The notes under the pieces are model-generated. The model did not search any database. It was not told the origin of the DNA and saw only the letters and a list, made by a program, of their open reading frames with translations. Shown piece by piece: positions 30,310-38,499 of a stretch of 64,000 nucleotides of DNA (its first letter is position 1; each line of letters opens with the position of its first letter). Location of the stretch: assembly GCA_963837955.1 (NCBI GenBank), contig CAWIPH010000002.1, positions 3,136,001 to 3,200,000 of the forward strand. Direction: 5' to 3'. The stretch comes from an uncultured Verrucomicrobiae bacterium. Lineage in GTDB: Bacteria > Verrucomicrobiota > Verrucomicrobiia > Chthoniobacterales > JAFAMB01. Made by a program: the position numbers and the translations under genes.

Positions 30310-32793
30310 TCAGCGTTTATGATGGTGCCGATGGTACCGATGGTGCCGAGGAGTATTGGTCGGACTCTCCGACGCGGTTTCGTCCGGCGAAGGCGAAGCT
30401 GCCGCGGCCGGCGATGGGCTCATCGATGGCTCTGGAGCCGAAGGTGAAGGCGAAGCTATCAGGGCCGGTGACGGCTTCACCGATGGCTCCACAGGCGAAG
30501 GTGTTGCGTTCGGTTGGGGCGTTGGGGTGACGAAAGGTTTGGTTAGCGTCGGAGTCGGAGTCTCCGCAGGGATCGGTGTTGGGGTCGCCAAGGCCGGAGC
30601 TTTCTCCACCGCCGATGGAGTACCGATCGCCGGAGGAAGAGCATTCGAAGTCGGCGTAGGGGATGGAGCGGCAGAGATCGGATGCGTCGTACTAAAAAAG
30701 CTTCGGTTGATCAAATTGATCGAGAGAAAAACGACAAAACAGCCGCCGATCAACGTCCCAAGAACCGTGCCCCATCTGAGATTTGTCTTCCCGCGAATCT
30801 TCACCGGATCGGTTGGCCCGGACCCGGAAGTTAAATCGGGAGCTCGTCGATTGTTAGCCGGGGGAGGAACGGCGGCCGGAGGGGGAAGCGGCGCATTCGG
30901 CTGGGCCGCACCACGAGAACGCTTTTCATCTGGAGAAGGAGGCGAGCCTGTGCGTCCAGTTTTCCCTTTCGAGCTGCTTTTTGACTCGGTAGGCGCCGAA
31001 GGTTCTGCCGGCGGCACAACCACCGAGATTCTGGATCCCTCGGCGGAGGTTCCCTTGTCTCGTACCGGCTCGGAAGGTTCCCGGTCTGTATCATTGCCTT
31101 TCCGCCGGTCGACCACCGCATGAACGCCAGGCAAAAGATAGAAGTGAAGCCGACGCAACGGTTCTGGCGCCTCGGGCATAGGGATTTCCCAGTAAGCGGG
31201 ACGGACGAAGGCTTCCCGTTGCAGGGCGATCGCGTGGCGCCATTCCTTTTCAACCTGAACGGACTGCGCTGAATTGCGCGACCAAAAAAGCTGGAAGATG
31301 TCGGCGTCTGTAATCATCGCGATCAGCCGTTCATCCCAACGCTGACCGCTCCGCAATTGAACGACGTCTCGCAGATATTCGTAGCCAATCGCTCGAATAT
31401 GCTTCTCCATCGCTTCAACGACTTCGACATCCTGATGCGAATAAGACGCGAAGATCTTTCGAAACGGTTTGGCAACATCCTTTCCCCAGTTTTCCTCCTT
31501 GGTTGTCGGAATCGGCGCTGGGTCCTCCCCTACGCGCAAGTTCAATGCAATCTCGGCCAAAAGCAGGTGACCGAAAAAAATGGATAATCGACCCCGAATT
31601 AATTTTCCGGCCAGGGCAAATGGCGCACGCATGAAGAAACTCTCTTCATGCACCCGCACGCCGGACGCCCAAAAGAAGCTGCGGCGAGGTGGATTAAACT
31701 GGATACCTGGAACTTCAGGTACCAAGGTGATTTCGCTTTCCCGAGCAATCGGAAACCGACTTTCACCGACGACATCGCGATAGTCATCGTATTCGGCACC
31801 AAGAATCTGACGGGCCCTGGTTTCAACCTCTTCAAATGCGGAAACATGCTTTGGATCCCGCGGTTCCAATTCGTCATCCAGGTGCATGAAAACGATCATG
31901 CGACGCCACTGCTCGGGACGCATAACCGCCGGACGATACGCGGTGAACTTCACGTTCTCGTCAAGCGGAGAGGCTCTGCTCGCCTCCAGACCAGGTGGAA
32001 CCTCCGGCTCAGCGGTGGAAGGCTCTCTAACCTGATGGGCTACCGTTTCCGGATACGCGGCGAACAATAGGTCACCAGCCCTTTGCGACACCCAACCAGC
32101 CACCATTTCATCCCTTCGAACCGACCCTTTATTGAGGTAACTCAACAGTTCATTTACCGTCACTTGTCGATCTCCTTCTTCGTCGGCTGCGCCATCGCGC
32201 AGGCCACGGAGGATCGATTCGGTTAGGGCGGATTGGCCGGACCTGACAGCGACGTAGTGCGCACCAGCCAGGCAGAAGGAGAGATAGTCGCTAGTCGCAA
32301 CGATGGCTTGGTCACGATTAGGCACATAAAATTTCAATCCGACATCCATCGGCCGGTCGCGATCAACCAAGATTTCTGGGCTGACAATGCTTCCGAACCG
32401 GCCATCCAGGACGATGATCTGGCTTTTTGCCGCGGTTTCTTGCAGTTGCTGCTGTACGGACTCTGCCGCCAGAGCAGTATTCTGTAAGTCAGATCGATCG
32501 GTCTCCCGGAGGGCCAGAAACAGCGTATCATCGCTCTGCTTTACTAAATGGCCGATAGCATACAGGAGCACCAGATCATCGGGGTCGCGGTTCGCTAGGA
32601 GGTCGACGATCGCGGACCGGGCAGCTGCCAAGGTTGGATCAACTAAGACTGTGAGCGAGAACCCGCCAAATTCCCCAGATTGGAGCAGCTCGGTCAGCTC
32701 TTTGAGATGCGCGGTGCTCTCCGCCACGCCCGGAAATTGCGGATCCGCGTAGCCGGTCGTCGCCATGAGTAGCCCCAAACGCTTGATAGCCAT
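30310..32793 (-). CDS. Caspase-like (C14, catalytic Cys lost) + TIR domain + TM + Pro/Thr-rich protein
   Basis: Caspase-fold motifs DDLVLLYAIGH and IIVLDGRFGS; TIR_2 IFASYSHQD...FQLFWSRNSAQSVQVEKEW; TM WGTVLGTLIGGCFVVFLSINLI. Probable start MAIKRL at 32793 (ORF track gives 32868). Confidence 0.8.
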   Translation of the reverse strand: MAIKRLGLLMATTGYADPQFPGVAESTAHLKELTELLQSGEFGGFSLTVLVDPTLAAARSAIVDLLANRDPDDLVLLYAIGHLVKQSDDTLFLALRETDRSDLQNTALAAESVQQQLQETAAKSQIIVLDGRFGSIVSPEILVDRDRPMDVGLKFYVPNRDQAIVATSDYLSFCLAGAHYVAVRSGQSALTESILRGLRDGAADEEGDRQVTVNELLSYLNKGSVRRDEMVAGWVSQRAGDLLFAAYPETVAHQVREPSTAEPEVPPGLEASRASPLDENVKFTAYRPAVMRPEQWRRMIVFMHLDDELEPRDPKHVSAFEEVETRARQILGAEYDDYRDVVGESRFPIARESEITLVPEVPGIQFNPPRRSFFWASGVRVHEESFFMRAPFALAGKLIRGRLSIFFGHLLLAEIALNLRVGEDPAPIPTTKEENWGKDVAKPFRKIFASYSHQDVEVVEAMEKHIRAIGYEYLRDVVQLRSGQRWDERLIAMITDADIFQLFWSRNSAQSVQVEKEWRHAIALQREAFVRPAYWEIPMPEAPEPLRRLHFYLLPGVHAVVDRRKGNDTDREPSEPVRDKGTSAEGSRISVVVPPAEPSAPTESKSSSKGKTGRTGSPPSPDEKRSRGAAQPNAPLPPPAAVPPPANNRRAPDLTSGSGPTDPVKIRGKTNLRWGTVLGTLIGGCFVVFLSINLINRSFFSTTHPISAAPSPTPTSNALPPAIGTPSAVEKAPALATPTPIPAETPTPTLTKPFVTPTPQPNATPSPVEPSVKPSPALIASPSPSAPEPSMSPSPAAAASPSPDETASESPTNTPRHHRYHRHHHKR

Positions 32794-33192
32794 AACTGTT
32801 GGCCTATATGCCAACTCTTGGACCACATAATTACATGATTCTCCAGCCTCGATGCTGGAGTTTTTCAAAAAAAGGGCTTTGGACCGCTCTAATAGTGATT
32901 GGGACTAGAATCTTGATCGGGGTTAGAATCAGAAATAGTGCCAGTCAGTTCTGTGCTGGCATGGTCCGGACCCCGGGCAGCTAGATGACATGCCGCAGAG
33001 TCCACGTGGATGGGCCAGCCCGCTGGGCGTTCCATCTGTCCATAATTTTGTCCAAACCAAGTCGCCAACCGCGTCGCCCCTTTTTCGGGGTCGATCCGTG
33101 AGATTGGCGACATGCCTAGACTTCTGACATGTCTGGACGGGGTCCTCAACGGACGCCAGAGTTGTCAGCAATTCATCCCGGGACGCGCCAAC

Positions 33193-33438
33193 TCAATAAT
33201 AGCGCCAATGATGGTACGCCCAATACCGATGGCGCCAATACGGACGTCTATAATAAGCGTAACCGTAGGGGCCCCAGTAATAGCCCGGCGCATAATATCC
33301 GGGACCCGCATAATAGTTGGGCCCGTAAAACACCGGCACTGGAATCGGGAATCCGATAAACCACCCGGCCTTGGACGACTGAGGCGTCAGCATCCCAAGG
33401 GTGAAAACCACACCCAAGATCAGAAACCACTTTTTCAT
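33193..33438 (-). CDS. Small secreted Tyr/Gly/Arg-rich protein
   Basis: MKKWFLILG... signal peptide ending SKA, then G-x-Y-Y type repeats and a basic aromatic tail. Confidence 0.75.
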   Translation of the reverse strand: MKKWFLILGVVFTLGMLTPQSSKAGWFIGFPIPVPVFYGPNYYAGPGYYAPGYYWGPYGYAYYRRPYWRHRYWAYHHWRYY

Positions 33439-33556
33439 AATTGCATGATCAGACAACCAGATTCGACGTAGGTTGAGACGCGAATATTTAATTTTCGTTA
33501 CACTTTTTACTAAGAATCACGATTAATTTCCAGCTTGATGTGAGCGCCTGAACCCC

Positions 33557-33585
33557 TTGACGCAGAAGTGCAGAAAACATAGCTT
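33557..33585 (+). promoter_or_regulatory. Candidate sigma70 promoter of aceB
   Basis: TTGACG-N17-TAGCTT about 85 bp upstream of the ATG. Confidence 0.45.
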
Positions 33586-33670
33586 CCCGCGAAATTGTCC
33601 TTTCCCGTTGCCGCCGGCAGGCTGCTTTCGGTTAACCGCTTTTCAGATTAATTGATCAATCGGCAAATCC

Positions 33671-35275
33671 ATGAGTGCTAGCAAACAGAACCTCGACGGC
33701 ATCGAAATCGCGGGACCGCTTTCCGACCACTTTAGAGAAATCCTGACGCCCGAAGCGCTTCAACTCGTCGCTAGACTACACCGGAACTTCAATGGGCGAC
33801 GCCAGGAGTTGCTGGAACGCCGAAACCGTCAGCAAGCTGAACTCGACAGCGGCAAGATTCCAGATTTTCTGCCGGAAACCGCGCAGATTCGGGCGGACAA
33901 TTGGAAAGTGGCTCCCATTCCGAAGGACATAACGGACCGACGGGTCGAGATCACCGGACCTACCGACCGCAAGATGGTGATCAACGCGCTAAACTCCGGT
34001 GCAAAGGTTTTTATGGCGGATTTCGAAGACGCCAATGCTCCCACTTGGCACAACATGGTTGATGGTCACGTCAATCTTCGCGACGCCATTCGACGAACAA
34101 TCGAATTTCAAAGCCCGGAAGGTAAAGCCTATCGGCTGAAAGATCAGTTGGCGGTCCTCTTTGTTCGGCCTCGAGGTTGGCATCTGATCGAAAAGCATCT
34201 GCTAGTGGACGGCGAGCCGGTAGCCGGTGGCCTTTTCGATTTCGGACTCTATCTATTTCACAACGCGAAAGAATTACTCTCCCGCGGTAGTGGCCCCTAT
34301 TTCTATTTACCTAAGATGGAAAGCCATCTTGAGGCGCGACTTTGGAACGATGTTTTCAACCTCGCTCAGGACGAAATCGGTATCCCGCGCGGCAGCATTC
34401 GCGCGACGGTGTTGATCGAGACGATCCTGGCCGCATTCGAAATGGATGAGATCCTATACGAACTGCGCGATCACTCGGCCGGTTTGAATTGCGGCCGGTG
34501 GGATTACATCTTCAGTTGTATCAAGCGATTCCGAAACAAACCTGACTTCATTCTAGCCGATCGCGCTTTGGTGACGATGACGACACATTTCATGCGGTCT
34601 TATTCGCTGTTGTGCATCAAGACCTGCCATCGTCGCGGCATTCACGCGATGGGAGGAATGGCAGCGCAGATTCCGATTAAGAATGATGAGAAGGCAAATG
34701 CTGAAGCATTCGCCAAAGTCAAAGCAGACAAGGAACGGGAAGCCAGCGATGGTCATGACGGTACCTGGGTCGCGCATCCGGGCCTCGTTCCGGTCGCTCT
34801 GGAGGCTTTCGACGCCGTTATGAAGACACCCAACCAGATCGACCGCAAACGAGAAGACGTCCAGGTCACTGCCAAAGATGTGCTGCAATTCGGTCCGGAA
34901 GAACCGATCACCGAAAAAGGCCTCCGGACAAATGTGAGCGTCGGTGTGCAATACCTAGAGGCGTGGCTCCGGGGGTCGGGAGCAGTACCAATCTTCAACC
35001 TGATGGAAGATGCGGCGACGGCGGAAATTTCGCGGGCGCAAGTCTGGCAGTGGATCCGGAGTCCGAAAGGAAAATTGGATGATGGAAGAAAAGTGACAGC
35101 GGACCTTTTTCGCAGCATTCTCGCTGAAGAACTGCAGAAGATTAAGACAAGCGTTGGTGAAGAACGCTTCGCCAAAGGCCGCTACGGTGAAGCATCCAAA
35201 CTGTTTTCTGATCTGACTACGAACGACACCTACGTCGATTTTCTCACTCTACCGGGCTACGAACTATTGCGTTAA
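33671..35275 (+). CDS. aceB: Malate synthase A
   Basis: [26 protein letters not shown] and [12 protein letters not shown] motifs. Confidence 0.97.
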   Translation: MSASKQNLDGIEIAGPLSDHFREILTPEALQLVARLHRNFNGRRQELLERRNRQQAELDSGKIPDFLPETAQIRADNWKVAPIPKDITDRRVEITGPTDRKMVINALNSGAKVFMADFEDANAPTWHNMVDGHVNLRDAIRRTIEFQSPEGKAYRLKDQLAVLFVRPRGWHLIEKHLLVDGEPVAGGLFDFGLYLFHNAKELLSRGSGPYFYLPKMESHLEARLWNDVFNLAQDEIGIPRGSIRATVLIETILAAFEMDEILYELRDHSAGLNCGRWDYIFSCIKRFRNKPDFILADRALVTMTTHFMRSYSLLCIKTCHRRGIHAMGGMAAQIPIKNDEKANAEAFAKVKADKEREASDGHDGTWVAHPGLVPVALEAFDAVMKTPNQIDRKREDVQVTAKDVLQFGPEEPITEKGLRTNVSVGVQYLEAWLRGSGAVPIFNLMEDAATAEISRAQVWQWIRSPKGKLDDGRKVTADLFRSILAEELQKIKTSVGEERFAKGRYGEASKLFSDLTTNDTYVDFLTLPGYELLR

Positions 35276-35315
35276 TGGGGCGCATTTTTCTCTGCGGCAC
35301 ACGATCCGTCGAGCA

Positions 35316-36197
35316 ATGTTAATTGACTTATCCGATCGAGCGAAGCTCCGGGTCACTGGCCCGGACCGAATCCGTTTTCTGAATGGGCAACTCACCAACG
35401 ACGTAACCAAACTACAACCCGGTTTTTCGGTTCATGCTTGCGCCCTATCCGCCAAAGGAAAGCTTTGCGGTGATCTATTCGTAATTCCATTAAACGACGC
35501 TGTCATTTTGGACTACGAACGGGCGCTGCGCGACTCGATACCAGCTCGTTTGGAGAAATACCTTATCGCAGACGAAGTCGAGCTCGAAGACGTCACCGAA
35601 CAATTCGCGCTGTTCCATGTTTGCAACACGGTGCTGCCAGACGCAATCCTGCCCGAAGCAACCATCACCGCCAGTAATCGCTTTGCCGTTGATGGCAAAG
35701 ATCTGCTCGTTCCAGTCACGTTAAAAAGCGTGGTGCCGAAGTTGCTAAAGGAAACACCTCTGACCGACGCGGAATTGGAGCAATTCCGGGTCGAGCAAGG
35801 AATACCGCGTTGGGGTGCTGAGCTTTCTGAGGAGGTTATCCCAAACGAAGCCGGCTTGGATGAGCGGGCCATCAGCTACACCAAAGGATGCTATTTGGGC
35901 CAAGAGATAATCAGCCGAATCAAGAGCGTCGGTCACGTGAACCGGCATCTGCGCGGGATTCTCCTGATAGACGGCCCGGATCTGCAACCTGGGGACCATC
36001 TCGTGCGGGATGACGGCAAACCAATCGGCACCGTGACAAGTGCCTGCCGTAGTGTTCACCTCGATGCCTGGATCGGACTCGCCTATCTAAGACGAGGCTT
36101 CGATCGGCCTGGCTCCGTTTATCCGGTTTCACGATCCACGACTTCTGGCTTGATTGGTAGCGCCGAAGTCCGCAGCCTTCCGTTCGTTCAATCATGA
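35316..36197 (+). CDS. ygfZ: Folate-binding protein YgfZ (GcvT-like)
   Basis: KGCYLGQE signature. Confidence 0.92.
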   Translation: MLIDLSDRAKLRVTGPDRIRFLNGQLTNDVTKLQPGFSVHACALSAKGKLCGDLFVIPLNDAVILDYERALRDSIPARLEKYLIADEVELEDVTEQFALFHVCNTVLPDAILPEATITASNRFAVDGKDLLVPVTLKSVVPKLLKETPLTDAELEQFRVEQGIPRWGAELSEEVIPNEAGLDERAISYTKGCYLGQEIISRIKSVGHVNRHLRGILLIDGPDLQPGDHLVRDDGKPIGTVTSACRSVHLDAWIGLAYLRRGFDRPGSVYPVSRSTTSGLIGSAEVRSLPFVQS

Positions 36198-36802
36198 AAC
36201 GTCTTATCGTCTTTCTGGTCGCACTTTTTGTAGCCGATTCCGTCGTCCGCGCCGATGAAGTAGCAATTTTTGATCTGGAATGGGGGAAGGGTAAAGCACG
36301 GCAGACCCGCAGTTTCGTCATCGAATTCGACGAAGCTGCTGCACCTGCTACCGTCGCCAACTTCAAGAAACTCGTTCGCGATAAGTTCTATCTTAAGACC
36401 GCCATCCATCGCGTCATCCCGGACTACCTGGTTCAGGGCGGGGATCCGTTGAGCAAGAAGAAGGATCGAAATGTTATCGGCACTGGAGGACCGGGTTACA
36501 CCTTGCCACCTGAGATCCGCCTAAAGCATGTGCGCAGTGCCGTAGCCATGGGACGTTTACCGGATAACGTCAATCCCCAACGGCTCTCTAATGGGAGCCA
36601 GTTCTATGTTTGTTTGCGGCCCATCCCAACCCAAGACGGTAAGGACACTGTGTTCGGTCATGTTGTATCTGGGCTGGATGGGCTGACTGAGATTAGTCAC
36701 GCGGTAGCGGATACCAACGCTAACCCGGTCGACAAAATCGAAGTGAAGCGCGCCTATATATTTGACCGGTCTCAAACCGCGACTCCGCCCGCGAAACATT
36801 AG
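36194..36802 (+). CDS. Cyclophilin-type peptidyl-prolyl isomerase, secreted
   Basis: Signal peptide; HRVIPDYLVQGGDP, NGSQFY and TVFGHV motifs. Confidence 0.93.
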   Translation: MKRLIVFLVALFVADSVVRADEVAIFDLEWGKGKARQTRSFVIEFDEAAAPATVANFKKLVRDKFYLKTAIHRVIPDYLVQGGDPLSKKKDRNVIGTGGPGYTLPPEIRLKHVRSAVAMGRLPDNVNPQRLSNGSQFYVCLRPIPTQDGKDTVFGHVVSGLDGLTEISHAVADTNANPVDKIEVKRAYIFDRSQTATPPAKH

Positions 36803-37067
36803 ACACAGAGCGCAAGTGCCGGGGCCCAGGATAGTGAGACCCGCTTCGGGAGTTCAACCCCAGCAACCAAACGGTGTAGCTGTCGCAAACATGACGTCTT
36901 GCCAATTTCTTTCGTTGCCGAAGAAAGGACCACGCGATTCGTCCAAAATCCCCTTGCGCGCTCGGACCCTGAGTTCTATATAGACTGCTCCGGTATTCAC
37001 GGATTCGCGATCAACCGCTTTCCGGCGCTGAACCGAGAACGGGCAAACGTGAACCGCAGATCGTTAA

Positions 37068-37151
37068 GGGTAGGTACCGAAGTGGCCAAACGGGGCAGAC
37101 TGTAAATCTGCTGGCTTTACGCCTTCAGTGGTTCGAATCCACTCCTGCCCA
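37068..37151 (+). tRNA. tRNA-Tyr (GTA)
   Basis: Acceptor GGGTAGG/CCTGCCC plus discriminator A, anticodon arm GCAGA-CT-GTA-AA-TCTGC, long variable arm, GGTTCGAATCC T-loop; CCA not encoded. Confidence 0.96.
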
Positions 37152-37495
37152 TACTTCGCCCCCTCGCAAGCTCGGCGGCTTCGTATGGCAAGCCATACTT
37201 TTCCCCGGCACGCCAATGACCCTTGACTGGGGCGAAGTATGCCCTTCGTAGCTCGGCGTCAGCCGAGCGTAGGAGGGCCTTCTCTCATCACTCCGTTGCG
37301 CTTTCTTCGCCGCCTCGTAAGCTCGGTGGCTTCCGACTCCGCTCAATTGTCGTACGCTCATGGAAGCGACGCCGGCTTCGTCGGACAAGTCGTATGGCAA
37401 GCCATTATCTACCTTGCCCACGGTCCGCTCTACCCATCGCAAGGCGAAGTATGCCCTTCTTAGCTCGGCGTTAGCCGAGCGCAGGAGGGCTTTCC
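37151..37495. repeat. Two tandem copies of a palindromic repeat unit after the tRNA
   Basis: cttcgcc..ctcg.aagctcgg.ggcttc / cgtatggcaagccat / ggcgaagtatgcccttc.tagctcggcgt.agccgagcg.aggagggc at about 37151-37280 and 37305-37492. Confidence 0.85.
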
Positions 37496-37713
37496 CGCAA
37501 TTCCCGGGTTCGTTCGGATCGACTCGGCTATTTCGCTTTCTAGCTCGCCGTCCGTAGTCTCGCTGCATTTTTATTCAGGCCGTCTTCTTTTCGATGCGAA
37601 TCCCCGCAAAGAACGCGTCCGAAGCTACGCCAAATATATACAACAGAAATAGATTGTGTATTATTAAGTGCCGTGGACGACTCTAAGACCAAAGCGCTTA
37701 CAAGCCACCCGTC

Positions 37714-37956
37714 CTGCACTTCGTCTACATCATCGTTTCTATATCTCATCCAAAACGCTATTACGTCGGACTCACAAACAATGTTCGCCGGCGTCTGGGT
37801 CATCATAACCAAGGTATCGTGGGATCGACGGCACCGTTCAGGCCTTGGCGATTACGAACAGCCATCTGTTTCGCTAGACGGCATCGAGCTTCCGAATTCG
37901 AACGCTATTTGAAAACCGGTTCCGGTATCGCGTTCCTTAGGAAGCGATTTCTCTGA
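37714..37956 (+). CDS. GIY-YIG nuclease family protein (80 aa, CTG start; absent from ORF track)
   Basis: Manual translation LHFVYIIVSISHPKRYYVGLTNNVRRRLGHHNQG...TAPFRPW...ASEFERYLKTGSG has the VYI, YVG, R, HN and E motifs. An in-frame TAA lies at 37684 with no ATG/GTG/TTG before the first motif. Confidence 0.85.
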   Translation: MHFVYIIVSISHPKRYYVGLTNNVRRRLGHHNQGIVGSTAPFRPWRLRTAICFARRHRASEFERYLKTGSGIAFLRKRFL

Positions 37957-38499
37957 CTCCGTCGCTTCGCAACGGAAGCCTCGGATTTGGCGCGTGCTGC
38001 ATGAGAACGAACTTCGACCGGCTGGCGCTTGCGTAACGAAGTGCGCGACGCTTTCAGTTCCGGTAGCCCGCTCTCGTTAGATGACTGGTCGATTAAACTG
38101 AACTATTTCCTGTGGCTCGTTATGTCTTCTCTCCATTCTCCCATTTGTGTTTTCGTCGAGCGTAGTAGGGCTATCTCTTTGCTGTCGGCTTACTTCGCCC
38201 CCCTCGAAGCTAGGCGAACGTATCGGCCGCTTATCCAGAATGCCCAACAATCCCTTGGCTTCTGGACGAACTAATTTTGGGCACAAATTAAAAATTGTTG
38301 CCATGCTCCGCCTAATCTGATTTCCTCGGCCGTTTAGTCTTTCACTTAGGGGCCTGGGAACTTGCCACTGGGCGCTGGCAGCAGGCGCGATCTCACAAAT
38401 CGAGGATCGCGCTATCTGTAACAGGCTCGGTTGCATCTGTGGATCGCGCTATCGCGCGGGTGGTTTGTCTTAGGCTCCCAAAACCAATTGATGGATGAA

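Noticed and set aside
30356..31123. 255-aa plus-strand ORF
   Set aside because: Antisense shadow of the Pro/Thr-rich part of the caspase-TIR gene.
36818..36872. tRNA-like or SRP-like RNA ending in ACCA
   Set aside because: No pairing acceptor stem, no valid T-arm and no SRP GGAA-loop motif.
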